From Lama glama (taxonomy: Eukaryota): 64,000 nt of DNA. Positions within the stretch are counted from its first letter, which is position 1, and every line of letters starts with the position of its first letter. The notes below the pieces were generated by a model. It saw only the letters and a program-made list of their open reading frames with translations, did not search any database and was not told where the DNA came from. Made by a program: the position numbers and the translations under genes. Below are positions 13,568 through 27,899 of the stretch, in pieces. The DNA is taken from positions 55,678,001 to 55,742,000 of the forward strand of contig CM052816.1 of the NCBI GenBank assembly GCA_028534125.1. Reading direction: 5' to 3'.

Positions 13568-15509
13568 TAGTAAAATATTCCCCCTCAGTGGGGTAAAACA
13601 CACTTTCTAAGTTTATGTAATAACTAACGCTATAACAAGAATAATTATCTAACAGTAATTTTTTTAAAATGTTGAGCTAGAAGGTGAAAGTTTCTTCTAG
13701 GAAAAGCTATCTAGGTATAATACACATTTGGACATTAAATAATGGGATAGCTCATTGGACAAAAAGACCCACTCTGCATTTTAGACACTGGCACACTTAT
13801 TTCAGCAGTATTTGGTAAAATCAGTTTACAGTACTAAAAAAGTCTGTTTCTTAAGGAATGAACATGGTAATTGAACTTGAATGTTTCTTTAGAGTGTTTT
13901 TCTCTCTGTTTAATGTTCTTTTCTCTCTCCACTTGGTAAACTGGTGCTGAAAAGTATTTAATCAGTATTATTAAAGGAAAATTATTGAAATAGCTCTAAT
14001 TTCACAGCACAGTTGTTTATAGACTTAGCAGCAAGGTGGTTTATTTCATCTATCAGTTTATTGCTCTGTTTTTAAGGGCTAACTCACTAGATGGAATTCT
14101 TAATTGTTCATTAAAAACCTGCGTTTTGTGATAGCATGCATAAACGTGGAGGGCATTATACTAAGAGACATAAACCAAAGACAAATACTGCATATATCAC
14201 TTATATGTGGAATCTGTGTGTGTGTGTTGGGGAGGGGGAATGACAGAAGCCTGTGATTCATAGTCGATGCATTCTTTTAACATATCCTAAGAAAAAGCTG
14301 ATGTGGATTCCTAAAACTTTTTTTAAGTTACAAATAAACTTTTGTGGGGAAAAAAAAGTTAGTCTAATTGTGCTTATTTTTGCTCAGTTATAAAATAATA
14401 TGAAGTAAAATCTGTGGCCATGGCAATTTTCAAGTCATTTTTTAAACCTTTAATATGCATAGAAAGAATGTTCAGTTTCAGAAGTCATATGGGAAGAGTC
14501 TAATTTTTTTTTTCATGTAATATTTTATGTACTTACCTCTCTGAAACACTCCAAAATTCATATGGCTATTGGAACTTTCCCAGTTAAAGTGCTGGTCAAC
14601 ACAATGAATTCCTAACAAACAAATGGGAATAGTGTAATGTTGATACTAAGATCTAATATTTCTCTTCACCAATTTTTCCTTCCTTCCTCTTCCTGTTTTT
14701 TATTTCATCATTATTCTCTTCTTCCTTACAACCTACTTTGCTCTCAGTCTTCCAGAATAGCTTCTTATTAGAAAGTTTCCCTCATAACTTGGGGCTGAAA
14801 TTGCTGAACTTGGTTGAGTCATCCAAATTTATATGTCTTTATGGAATTAGAGGTTTATTTTGGGAAGGTTCTTTCTGTTACATTTTAATTTCACAGTGAA
14901 TAATCTGCTTTAATAGAAAAAAGCAGATTTTTTTGGTTTGGATATTGGAAAAATTATTAAAAGAAATTATAAAACTCTTAGGTCCAATCTTCCATCATCT
15001 CACATACACTCAGCTACCCTAGCTGTATTTCCACAAAAGAGAACTTCTGGAAGCTTACTTTCTGTAGAAACTGAACTGCAGAGTTTTAGATTCAGGAATA
15101 CCAGGCACAGCAAAAGATGGATGTATTGGCCTATCAATAAAGTGATTCAGCTTATCTCTAAGAACTCTGGTTGGGAGGGCCTGAATGAAAATCTGTTTAT
15201 TGAAAGATGCAATCCCCAGCTTCCTTCTCTTACCTTTTTCCAGAATATATTTTCTGATACAAAACCAGACATAAATTTTCCAAAGCAAAATTAGAAGATA
15301 ATTCTAGAGACACTGGAGGCAATTAAAGTAATTTGAAGATTAGAACAGGAGAAATTTTTTGATAAGAAAACATCTTCCTTGAGTAAAGACCTCAAGATTT
15401 CTAGATCATGCTGGACTGTTCTCTCAATCTTTTGTGAACCAACTTACTGTCTACCTCTAATGTAAATTTTCTTGTGTTATATTCTATACTATCTTATAAA
15501 AATTTGTTT

Positions 15510-17350
15510 CTAGAGACAAAAGAAGAGAGATTATGACAATAAAGCACGTATTTGCAGGTAACAACAGAGCCCCGAAATACATGAAGCAAAAACTGATGAA
15601 ATTGAAGGGAGAAGAAAAAGACAATTTAATAGTAATAGTTTGAGATTTCAATAACCAACTTTCAATAATGGATAGAATAAGTAGTATAAACATCACAAGG
15701 CAATAAAATATTTGAATAGTCTAAACAGACAGACCTAAATAGATTTTCCATCTATGTTCATGGATCAGAAGACTTGATATTATTAAAAGTCAGTTATTCC
15801 CCAAATTGACCTGTTGATTCAATCCAGTCTTTACCAAAGTCCCAAGTAGGTTTTATGCACAAATGGATAAGCTAATATGGAAATACAAATGACCCAGAGT
15901 AGCTACAGCAGTCTTGAAAAAGGAAGAAGTAGGAGGACTCACACTTCCAATTTCATAACTTACTACAAAAGCGACAGTGAAGTGTGGTTGCGGCATAAGG
16001 AAAGATATATGGAACCGTGAAATAGAATTGAAAGTTCAGAAATAAACCCTCAGGTTTATAGTAAATCAGCTTTTCATAAGAGTGCCAAGACAGTTCTGTG
16101 AGGAAAAAGTCTTTTCAACAAATGATGCTAGGCAGCTGGATATCCATATATAAAAGAGTGAAGCTGAACCCCTACTTCATACCAAACACGAAAATTGACT
16201 TAAAATGGATCAAAAACCTAATTAAAAGAACTAAAACTATAAAACTTTAGAAGAAATGTAGGAATTAATCTTAATGACCTTGGGTAGGGCAAAGACTTCT
16301 TAAATATGACACCAAAAGTAGAAATGAAAAGGAAAAAAAGATAAATTGGTTTTTATCAAAATTTAAAACTTGTGTGCTTCAAAGAATGCTGTCAAAAAAG
16401 TAAAAAGATAACCCACAAAATTGGAGAAAACATTTGCCAGTCACATATATGATAAAGGATTTTTATCTAAAATATGTAAAGAACTCTTACAGATCTATAA
16501 GAGGTTAAGTATCTCAGTTCAAAAATAGGCCAAGCATCTGAATAGACATTTTTTCAAGGAAGATATATAAATGGCCACTAAGCACCTGAAAAGGTTCTCA
16601 GCTTACTAGCCATCAGGAAAATGCAAATCAAAACCACAGTGAGACACCACTTCACACCTGTTAAGCTGGCTAATGAGAAATGCCGTAACAAGTGTTCATG
16701 AGGATGTGGAGAAATTGGAACCCTCGTACACTTCTGGTGGGAATGTAAAATGGTGTATCTGCTTTGGAAGACAGTCTCTCAGCTCTTCAACATGTTAAAT
16801 ATGAATGTCACCATTCGACCTAGCAATTCTGCGCCTAGGTATATATTCAGGAGAAATGAAAACATCCATATGGATATTTATACATGGATGTTCATTGTAG
16901 CATTATTCCTAACAGTCAAAAAGTGGAAATAATCCAAATAGCCATCCACTAGTGAATGGTTAAACAAAATGCGATATAATCAAATAATGGAACATTTTTT
17001 AGCCATATAAAGGAGGAATGTACTGATACATGCTGTAATGTGGATGAACCTTGAAAATACTATCAAAAGTGGAAGATGCCACTTACAAAAGGCCACTTAG
17101 TATTCATTTATGAAATATTCAGAGGCTTGATTAATGGTTTCTTAGGGTTGGGGGGAGTGGGTAGGAGGTAGGGTTGGGGAAGTGGGAAGTAACTGCTAAT
17201 GTGTATGGGATTTGAGGGCATTGTTCATGAAAATGTCCTGAAGTTGATTGTGGTAATGCTTGTACAACTCTGAATATACTAAGATCCATTTAATTGTATG
17301 TTAGATGAGTGAATTTTATGGTAAGTTTTATCTCAGTAAAGCTGTTATTT
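15510..17350 (+). mobile_element. Old L1 (L1MB/MC-like): endonuclease fragment joined to ORF2 C-terminus and 3' UTR, internally deleted
   Basis: aacaacagagccccgaaatacatgaagcaaaaactg; atgcaaatcaaaaccacagtgagacaccac; tggatgaaccttgaaaa; many stops. Confidence 0.85.
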
Positions 17351-19261
17351 TTTTAAGACTAAATAAATAAGCTGATTTTATAATGTTAGATTTTTTTTGC
17401 CTCGACTTTAAATTAAACCAATCTTAACTCAAAAACTCCCTACTCCTAAACCCTTATTTCTTATGATTTAATTGTTTTAGTTAATATCGAAGATGGCTAC
17501 TTGTGTAGATTTTTGATCTTTGTTATATTTCCCTGTTCCCATTTAGCTATGTTTTTAACCATATTTTCTGACCAATTTTCTAATTTCTGTCTATTCATAT
17601 TTTGTAAATAATATATAAGAGCATTTCATCATGTCATTTACTATATCAAATAATGGCAGTAAGTATTAACTGATCTGTCAAATCAAGATATACTCTTGAA
17701 ACTCACTGAGAGGAAATTTGGTGTAAATGGAACATGCATTACTCTAGGAACATGAGTTTTGTCCTGTCCTCTTCCTCCACCTAATCTGTGTGTATATGCT
17801 ATACATTAGTTGTCTAAACAAAAAAATTGGACCACAGATCAGTTTTCATCCATTCCCTTTTAGCTTACAGATTTTGCATGTGAGATTATTTTAAATTTAG
17901 TTTTTTAGCCAGTTGTATCTATCTTATTCTGTTAGAATAATAAATAATCATAAAAGCTGCTCTACAATAGACCAGTAATCCCAAACCAGTTGATCAGTGC
18001 CCCTGGTATGTTTGATATCATGGTTATAGTCTTCAGCCATGTTTCTTCTTTATCATAGTAGACAAGTGAGGAGAGATTTAAACAAATTTGCCATCCTGTA
18101 TGTTCAGAAGGACTTCTCCACCAATTTTTTTCTGCCTTGTCTATAAACATACATCGTTATTTAGAACATTTCCTTTGGAAAAATGAAAAACTTCTCACCA
18201 CAGAAACTGTGGAAATCCCCCCTTAGGTTGCCTGCTATGTAGAATAATGTGTGAGAGTCTCAATGAAATGGAGAGATTACAAATCTCTAGGCTTCTGTCA
18301 GCATTTGTTTTTAGTTTTGACGTGTTGGTATTAGCACACAGATTCCTTGATTTTCTGAGTGTTACTACCTTCAAAAGTCTTTTTGAAGTGTGTAACGTCA
18401 GAGTTCAACCAAAAGAACCATAAATCTGAATGATAATTTTTGGAGCTTAAGTACTTAGAAATCTAGATCTATAGATTATTTTATAATTTCTGTCATTTCT
18501 GCCCTTCTTGAACATGGTTACATTCACATACTTTCAACTTCCTTTTACTACAGTGTATCATTTTCCCAAAAGAAACTGAGGCATGTCACCTTGTCTCCTT
18601 AAGATCTTCTTTCCTTCATATTCAGCTGAAATATATAGATGAGTATGCTCTTCTAAAATTATTGACTACTTTGGGGTTTTACTTAAGTTTTTCCATCAAG
18701 ATGAATGTAGTTCTACAATATAAAGTGTAAAAGGCTTGGAGCAAAAATCAAGGTAACCAATACTTACAGGAGCTCAGTGGATGACAAATTACGATGAGGT
18801 TTTATCTTCATGACTTTCATTTCCTAACAGATGTAACATGAGAGAAATTTATATCAGAGAACTTTGCTATGTGTAAGACACTTACTTTCAACCATTTGAG
18901 AACTTAAAAATCTGTAACATACCCCTGTATCATTCTGAAAAGGATTTGAGGGTGACTGCTTCTGAAAGTAAAGTGCAGCTGAAGAGATTTATTTTTATGT
19001 TTTAGAGTTTTTTTAAAAGGTATTTCTTGTTGGTCTTGCATCTTGTACTGACTCTATAAATTAGCAGGCAATGGGAAGGACCCATCGTTGCAGTTGCACA
19101 CATTCTCGTATATAGGACACAGGTGACTTTTAATTTCTAAGTTGATTATTAGTAAAAATAACAGTTTATAATAAAACAGCAATCTTGGTAAGAATGATAG
19201 AAAATATAGAAGTTACAGTGATAAAAGTTTTTAGAAAATATAAGAAAAAGGAAATACAAGG

Positions 19262-20510
19262 TTTTTAACAGCTTTATTGAGATCTAATTAACATAAAATA
19301 AACTGCATATACTTTAAGTGTACAGTTTGGTAAGTTTTGATACTATCATGAAGCTGTCACCGCAATCAAGACCGTTACCATGTCCATCACCCTGATAAGT
19401 TTCTTCCATCCCTTTTGTCTTGCCTTCCTCCCTCCATTCTCAAACAACCACTGGTCTCTTTTCTGTCACTATAGATTAATTTGCGTTTTCTAGATTTTAA
19501 TATAAATGGACTCATACAGTATGTGAATTTTCTTTGCCTTATTTCTTTCTTAGTTTGAGATTTCTCATTGTTGTTGTATGTATATCAGTATTTGATTTCT
19601 TTTCATTGCTGAGTAGTAATTCCTTGTATAGGTAACACCATGATTTGTTCAGTTAGCTCATCTATTGGTGGACATTTGAGTTATTTACTGCTTAGGGATA
19701 TTACAGATAATGCTGCCACAAACATTCACGTAAGTCTTTTTGTGGGCACATATTTTATTTCTTTGGGGTAAATACCCAGAGGTGGAATAGTTGAATCATA
19801 TGGTAGGTATATATTTAACTTTTTAAAAAACTACCAGACTGCATTTCACCAACCATATTTGAGAGTTCAGGTTCCTCCAAATTCCCATGAACACTTGACA
19901 TTGTCAGTCTTTCAACAGGTGTGTAGTGGTATCTCATAGTTTTAATTTGCTTTTCCCTAGTAACTAATATATTGAGCATCTTTTCATCTTATTTACCATC
20001 TGTATCTCTCCTTTGATGAGGTATGTGTTCAAGTCTTTTGTCCAGTTACTTAACTGGGTTATGTATTTTCTTATTGTTGAGTTTGAGATTACTATATATT
20101 GTATATTGTAATACAGAATGTCTATATTAATATATAATATATCTTGATAAATGGTATAAGTCCTTTATTATACATATTCTGTGCAAAGATTTTTCTCCCA
20201 ATCTGTGGCTTGTTGCTTTATTCTTTAAAAAATTTTTTTAAATAAGCATTATATATATTTAAGGTATACAACATAATTTTGGTATACATGGTGAAATGAT
20301 TACTGCAGTCAAGCTAATTAGTGTTATCTCCTCAGTTACCAGTTTATTAACTGAAAATTAGCTCACTAGACTTATTTATCCTACATAACTGCAACTTTCA
20401 TTCTTCTAACCATGCCTTCAAGAGCAGAAATTTTAAATTTTGATGAAATTTAGTTTATCATTTAACTCTTTTATGGATTGCGCCTTTACTGTCTTATCTA
20501 CATACGAGTT
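19262..20510 (-). mobile_element. Old L1 3' portion, with a short second L1 3' end nested near 20230-20395
   Basis: acagctttattgagatctaatt...cattgctgagtagtaattcc...gtagtggtatctcatagttttaatttgc. Confidence 0.8.
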
Positions 20511-21134
20511 TTTAAAGTTGAAAGTATCGTTATTCCATTCGTAAGAGTTCTATTGAAATGGTTTCTTATTAACTATAGTATAAGATGTTGTGCTGTCTTT
20601 TTTGCGTCTTGTGAGTTTAAGATTTTTCATTTAATTCAAAGGCTATCTTTCAATTAAAATTATAAAATGTAGACATAAGAACCACGTAATGTGCACGTTG
20701 GTCCCAGATTTATATTTGGACATTTATTTAAAATTTTTCTATGATCTTATTCAGTTCTTCAGTTTATCTTCAGGTTTTTTTTAAATTCAAGGGTTCTCAA
20801 AATGTAAGGTAGTTCTTGCCATAATTAGGTTCTGCTCTAAGCTGTCTGAAAGTTATTATTAAAGTATTTTTCCTCCTACCACTTTATTCACTGGGTGCAG
20901 CTAGCAAATAGATTTTGGGAAATAGAATCCAGAGAAAAAGGACTTGAAAGTACATATGCTATCACAAGCTTCTTTTCTCATAGAGAACAGATGGAAATTT
21001 TTTTTGAATGTTGACCAACTAGAAGGCAATTACAATTTGAAAACCTGCTCTGACTTGATAGTTTTCTAAACATTTTCTAATTTTAAGTTGTGAAGAGGAA
21101 TGTTTTCTTAACTGAAAAGATTTTTAGTGAATAA

Positions 21135-21371
<237 letters not shown>

Positions 21372-22448
21372 TGAACTAAATTTAAACCAAACTAACTTCC
21401 TAGGGAAAAATACATTGGGTTAATCGAAAAAGGAGATGATACTCCTCTGCTGAAACTTTGTGACCATCTTTTAAACTCATTTTTCTAATGAGATTCACCA
21501 GTTATGTATTGTGTTACTATACAGTATGCATTCTTGATTGGATTTTAACAAAGAAGTTTTTTGTAATAATAATAATAGTGGTTTGGAACAGAAATGAACC
21601 ATTTAACATTGCCCAGTTTTATTGTGTGATACACAAAACTGCATTTAAGTTATATGAACTAATAAACACCGGTCGATGAAGTTAATATTAACTCATTGCA
21701 TTCATGACCATGTATATTTTCCAGGATCATTGTGATATCATTTAACATGTATTTTGTGTTCATCAAACATTTGCCTTTTGTTCACCTTTTCCCACTTCTG
21801 TTTAAACTGTATCAGTGATAGTAATATTACAATGTAAATCTTTAGTTTCAAGTGTGAAGTAGAATTCGGCTCAGTGAATTTTTTTAGTAGGAAAACTTCT
21901 GTTTGTAGTTTAACATTAGTAAAATGTTAGAACTAAAGCATACCTTAGGGAATTTAGTTCTAGTCCAATGCCATCATTTTATAGAAGCAGCAGCTGAGGC
22001 CCAGGTACTTGTTCAGAGGTGTTAAGTAGCAGAATTAGAAGAATTTTTCTCTTCCATATTTCAGCTCTGGATACTAGGGCAGATGTCAGTCAGAATCTTA
22101 TCAATTGTTAGTGAGTCCTACTGCTTGCAGTATTTGAAGGTCTTATCAAATGTGAGTAGAACACTAAGGAAAGCAGTATCATCACTGCTGTAACGGTGGA
22201 ATGGCTACAAGATTCGCATCGCACTGTATGTTTAAGAAGGTTCCCCATATTTAAAGAAAAGAGAATTGTTCAAAATTCTCAGGTACAGGTGAGAGTAAGC
22301 CATTGGCTAGTGTTTTATGTTTTTTTAAAACAAGCAATGAAAACGTTCGTTTAGGGTACAGACACTTCATTATTTTTCTGGAATTGAACTCTTACATCAT
22401 CAAAGATTTCAACCATGGATCAAATTGAGTTTTTAGAAGATTCCCTGT

Positions 22449-22472
22449 ACACACACACACACACATACACAC
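22449..22472 (+). repeat. (AC)n microsatellite
   Basis: acacacacacacacacatacacac. Confidence 0.9.
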
Positions 22473-23014
22473 AAATGTGTTGAGAAAACAGAACAACCCT
22501 ATAAATCCATTAGACAAGTTCAAAAGAATCTTTCAACTTGTCCACACTAGCTTGTTCAAAACTTTTTGGCAATTTCTCTTAAGCTCTCCTCCCTTCCATC
22601 TATTTATCCTTCACCAAAGTATTGTCATCTCCAATCATATACTCTGCCATACTGCCTAAAAAAATTCATTAAAAATAAGACATGGCTTCACCATGTTTTT
22701 GGCAATCAGATTTCTTACTTGAACAAGGAGGTAGACTTGCCATTGTTTCCAACGTTGGTAATCTTACCCATGCTCTTCCTTTATTGGGTAGCAATAAGTA
22801 GACCAAACCAAAGGATCTGTGAAAAAAGACTTCCACTGCACCACGTTTAACCAAGTAACAGCCTCAAAAGATGGCAGTATTAATTGAAATCTGCATACTG
22901 CTGTACTTTATAGTCCTCGTACAGGTCTATCTAATATATCTTACTCACCTTTTCCACCATAATTTTCTTCTCAGGGTTGATAGGGGACCCAGTTACATTT
23001 TACAGGAAACGTAA

Positions 23015-23092
23015 GTGTGTGTGTGCATACACAGTATATACACATGTATTCAGTGTGTGTGTGTGTACATACATACATGTATATACACACAC
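23015..23092 (+). repeat. Mixed (GT)n/(AC)n alternating purine-pyrimidine tract
   Basis: gtgtgtgtgtgcatacac...gtgtgtgtgtgtgtacatacatacatgtatatacacacac. Confidence 0.85.
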
Positions 23093-23864
23093 CTATCCCC
23101 CTCTATAAAGACTAGGAAGTTCTTGAATGGAGAGAGTTATTAACAAACATGTCTTTTAGGTAGTTTCTATAATTGGGACAGAAAATAAAATAATAACTTA
23201 ATATGGTTTAGTTGAAATTGTTGTTTTATTTAAGAAGTTTTTGTGTGTTTGCTGTATGCTAGACTCTTAAGTTAGAAATGAGGAAACAGTAATCAACAGG
23301 AAGTTCTCCTTCATGGAGCTTAAAATCTAATGAGAACAATTAAACAGATCATAGGTGATATAATAACAGCTAATTAATAGCTGTTTATGTAGCTTTTATA
23401 TAGATTTCTAATATATGGTTATATTATATACATACTATATATTATATAATACATATACATAAATAATAGATGTATATAATTTATACAAATCTCAATATAT
23501 TAGATCTCTGGTTTTATGCATAATAGCTTTTATTTAGATTTCTAATATCAGTTCCATTGCTCTTATAGCTAAGTAGTTGAAAATTAATATCCTTTAGTGG
23601 TGACAATTTTTCCTGACTACTTGTAAAAAGAATTCCTTCTTTTATAGAAGTATGCTTAATTGTTAGGCAGTCATGTCCACGAAGACCAAAAATTCTAAAA
23701 TTAAACAGTTTTAGTTCTTAACAGTGTTAGTAAGAGGAAACCTACCTATTCATTGAAGATGTTTGCTTATATTAATAGATTCACAGCTGTATAATTTCAC
23801 ATGTTTTTTTCACTTTCCCCAAAGTCTTTAATATTATTGCTGTTCTGTGTTTTCTTGTTTTGTT

Positions 23865-24775
23865 CATTTTTTAACATACATACAGTGAAGTACATACAGT
23901 CTTAAGTGTACTGTTTAATGAGTTTTATACATAAGTATACTCCCCTATAACCACCACTCAGATCAAGACAGAACTTTTAGGGGGAGCATAATAGCTCAGG
24001 GGTAGAGTGCGTGCTTAACATGGACGAGGTCCTCGGTTCAATCCCCAGCATCTCTATTAAAAATAAAAAAGTAAACCTAATTATCCACTCCCCCTAAAAC
24101 ATAAGTTAAAAAAAAAAAAGATACAGGACTTGGATAGCACCCCAGAAGGTCTCCTCATGCCCCTTCCTAGTCCAAACCATACCACCACCTCAAAGGGGAC
24201 CACAGTTCTAACATATCATCACAGATTGGTTTTGCCTATTCCTGAACAGCATGTAAATTGAATCATGTAAAATACATCCTTGTGTCTGGCTTTTTTCCCT
24301 CCCCCTCAACATGGACTGTAAGGTTCACTTCATCTTGTTACATTTAGTGGTAGTTTATTATTTTTTATTGTTCTATAGTAGTATTGTTGTACAGTTCATT
24401 GTATGATGAATTTTCATTGTATGACGTCAATTTGTTTATTCCTTTTTCCTGCTGATGGACATTTAGCTCTTTATATTTTGGCTGTGTATATAAGGGCATA
24501 AAGCTGCTGTGAGCATTCTTGTACATATCTTTTGGTGGACATATGCACTTATTTCTCTGGGCATATACCAAGCAGTAGAATTATTGATGCATTGCATATA
24601 TGCTTAGCTTTAGTGGATATAGGGAAAAAATTTTCCGAAGTGGTTATATCACTTTATACTCCCACCACCAATAGGTGAGAATTCTAGTTGCTTTTCATCC
24701 TTGACAACATTTGGTATTGTCCAGTTTTTGTGGGTGATTGTTTTTTAATTTTAGCCAATCTAGTGGGTTTGAAGT
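23865..24775 (-). mobile_element. Old L1 3' portion interrupted by a SINE
   Basis: acatacagtgaagtacat...ctgctgtgagcattcttgtacatatcttttggtggacatatgcac. Confidence 0.75.
23980..24119 (+). mobile_element. tRNA-derived SINE (camelid-type) nested in an old L1
   Basis: ggggagcataatagctcaggggtagagtgcgtgcttaacatggacgaggtcctcggttcaatccccag...A-tail. Confidence 0.85.
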
Positions 24776-25510
24776 CCTAGTTTTTCTTCAGTACACAAAA
24801 ATCAGTTAATCTTTGGGCCTGATGAACTAATTCATTGATTTGCACTAGCTTTAATTCAGATAGGGTGTTTGGAAGTAGGTAAGCTCTGTGTGAGTTCAGT
24901 GTGAACTTTAATTTAGCCTTTAAGTGTTTGAACTAAGGGAATAAAGGCATTAGGTTCTGTATAAGCTTGTTGGATCTTTATCAGATTTGACTTAGTGCAG
25001 CCCATTGTTGTAAAAATAAGTTTGAAATCAGTGCCAAGGCCAGCCTTTTTCTCTTAAGTTTTGACCTTGGATCTTTTGGCAAACTCTTAGAGCTACAGAC
25101 CTTATCTATAAAAGGAGAGTATTAAAGTAGTAATCGAAGCTCCTTTTCAGCTCTAAAATAATTTTAACCAGCAGTGGGAAAGTGTAAGAAATTTATCTTT
25201 TAGCATTTATTGATTCTACCAATTATTGACTTATTTTCTTCCTGGCATCCATTATTTGCATTTTTTTCTCTGTAACAAAATTAATTGTTGTAGGCATTTC
25301 TCTGGTGCTAATTTATCTTTTTAATTTTTTTTAAAGTGTAGACTCTTCAGTAGTTATTTGATCTATTTAAATATATAACCTGTCAATAAGGTGATCTTAG
25401 TGATGATTTAAATGTTAGCTTATGTGTGATATATAACCCAGAGAAGTGTTTTCTTGCGCAGAATAATACTCATTTTTCAAAAGAGTGGTGTTATTTTGTC
25501 CAAAATCTGA

Positions 25511-25684
<174 letters not shown>

Positions 25685-27274
25685 TGAAATTATATGATCT
25701 TAGAAAGAGAAACTCATAGGACATACATATATATATTTATATCACAAAATGATTAATTTTTATATAATACTTTTATAACCTTTAAATATCTTAAATATTT
25801 CATAATGTATATATGGTTGGCTTACTCTGAAACAGACTTGTTTTTTTATTGCCTGTGAAGTTTAGTATAGCCTTTAAAAGCCTCATTACTGGGCCTGTCC
25901 ACTTTATAGGATAAGTTTTCGTCTCCCCTGTGAGGATAATACTTATTGATATTACCTTCTAACGTCATCATCATCATTATCATTATTATTATTAATAAAA
26001 ACAATCTACAGAGGAAAAACCTGAGAACTTTACAGGCAAAAGATTTTAGTCTCTACTATATACTATGAGGTCTTATCCATAGCAGGGTATGAACTGTTCT
26101 AATTGCCTTGCTTTTATGTTTGAAAAATATCTGAAACCAACTTCTTTCCCCTTTTAGTTATTTGTTAAGCAGTTAGTAAATTCTGCTTCTCCATATTCAC
26201 ACGTATATATTAAAATTTTATATACTGTTTTTCTGTGATATTTCTTTAAAGAAAAACAAGTGTAAGTTATATTTGGTAATTATTATTAATGTTGTTGATA
26301 TTCCAGAAATGTACATTTGAAAAATGAAGTGACAAGGAGTGTCATTGAAACAGAAGTAGAATGATAAAAAGTTAAATTATATTTAAGAAAGTAAAAGAAA
26401 AATTTCTTGCCATTTTTATTCTATAAAGGAAAAAAAGATTTGCTGTTGACAGTGTTTTTATGTTGGAACTGATTTCCAACTGTTAAAATCCATAGTATGA
26501 GCCTCGAGTGGTAATATTTTAAAATTACTAAGTTGTCAATGCATTCCTTCTAGAATGTGTAAAAATTATGTAATTAACTATCCTCTGAAATTTTAAAAGT
26601 CTGGATTACTGAAATGTAAGCTATTACAACTTTAATTTTTATTCTGAAGCTAAGCAGATTGTTTTGCTATTTTAGGTTTATTTTGGGGGGAACTCTAAGC
26701 TTTTTAAAATTACCCTACTATTTTTTCATATTGTAAATAAGATTTTCATTAGAAGATTATAGAAAATCTGTCTTTTTAATTTAATAATACGTGGTGCCTC
26801 TGTATGTCCCACTAGCAGTATGTAAGTATAATGTTATATTTGTTTATCTCCACTTTTATCAACACAGGTTTTATTTCAGGGGAAGGGAGCAGGGTGGAGG
26901 GAAGAGGGTTCTTGTGCTAAGTATATGTGTTTGTTAGCTTCTCATTTTTTTTTTTGAAATTGCTGTATTTATGTGATTTAGGCTTTCTTAAAAAATGTTT
27001 ATTGGTCATTTGCATTTCTTTAATGACTCAAGTCCATGTTCCTTGAAATTTTTATTTTTAGGATTTAGTGTTCTTTTCCCCTCTATTGATTTAGAAAATG
27101 TGTAGGATTGGCTTTTCATTTCTCAATTATTTTCTTACTTTTATAGTTTTTAAAAAATCTTTTTGATTGTTGGTTTTGCCATATAAAAAGTCTTATACTT
27201 TCATGTAATTAACTCACAGTTTTTTGGAGATATTTATCTCTACATTTGTTACCATGTTTTAAAAAGCATTCTTT

Positions 27275-27662
27275 TGTCCACCTAAAGAAGTAAACTGAGG
27301 CATGCTCAAATGACCAAAATGAGTTTATTTGGGAATAGCAAGGAATTGAAATTTGGGAGGTGCGTGCAGTAAAAAGTTACAGGCAGTCCTTTTGATGGTT
27401 TGGGACTGGCTATATTTTTGAGCAAGGAATGCAAAGACAAGGAGAGTCCGGCCAGGGTCCAAGCAGTAAGTTCATTGTCTTGAGGATGAGGGGACATTCT
27501 TGGCAGATGGTCATTGGTCAGGAGACAAGACTCGGTCTTCTGTAGATCAGACATTTACAGGAAATCATTTTCTCAGTTCTTAAGTTTCATTCTTCAGAGG
27601 GCACATGCATGAGATTCTCCAATTCACATCCTCCAGTTCCATTTTAGATTGAAATCCTTTCA
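27275..27662 (-). mobile_element. Solo LTR, ERV1-like
   Basis: tgtccacctaaagaagtaaactgaggca...gaaatcctttca; TTTATT at 27324-27329. No clean TSD, so boundaries are approximate. Confidence 0.6.
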
Positions 27663-27899
27663 TATACTACTTAAAATAATTGTCTGTATTTTCTTTCCTT
27701 TTTTTTTTTAAATAGTCTCTTCTAAATATATCAATACATCTGGATTTTTAAAAATTACAGTGGAATGTAAGAATCTGTATTTTGTTCCAGTGGCATTTGT
27801 TGAATAAAACCATCCTTCCCCCTACCCCATTTGAAATGCACCTCTCTCACTTTTAATGAAGAAAACAGGAGTACTTCATTTTATTTCTTGCTATCTCCC

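Noticed and set aside
14132..14357. L1 fragment followed by unique sequence with AATAAA and a short A-run, as a possible 3' transduction or retrocopy
   Set aside because: No TSD found and the A-run is only 8 nt.
17145..17186. G-quadruplex motif with six G-runs; a similar one at 26879-26908
   Set aside because: The first is the ordinary G-rich L1 3' UTR; neither has supporting context.
22500..22860. Minus-strand stretch with protein-like translation (ORF 22669..22854) as a hidden gene or decayed transposase
   Set aside because: No recognisable motif and stops in neighbouring frames; a tBLASTx/Dfam search would be needed.
23980..24055. tRNA gene
   Set aside because: A/B boxes belong to a SINE with an A-rich tail and related copies elsewhere; no proper cloverleaf.
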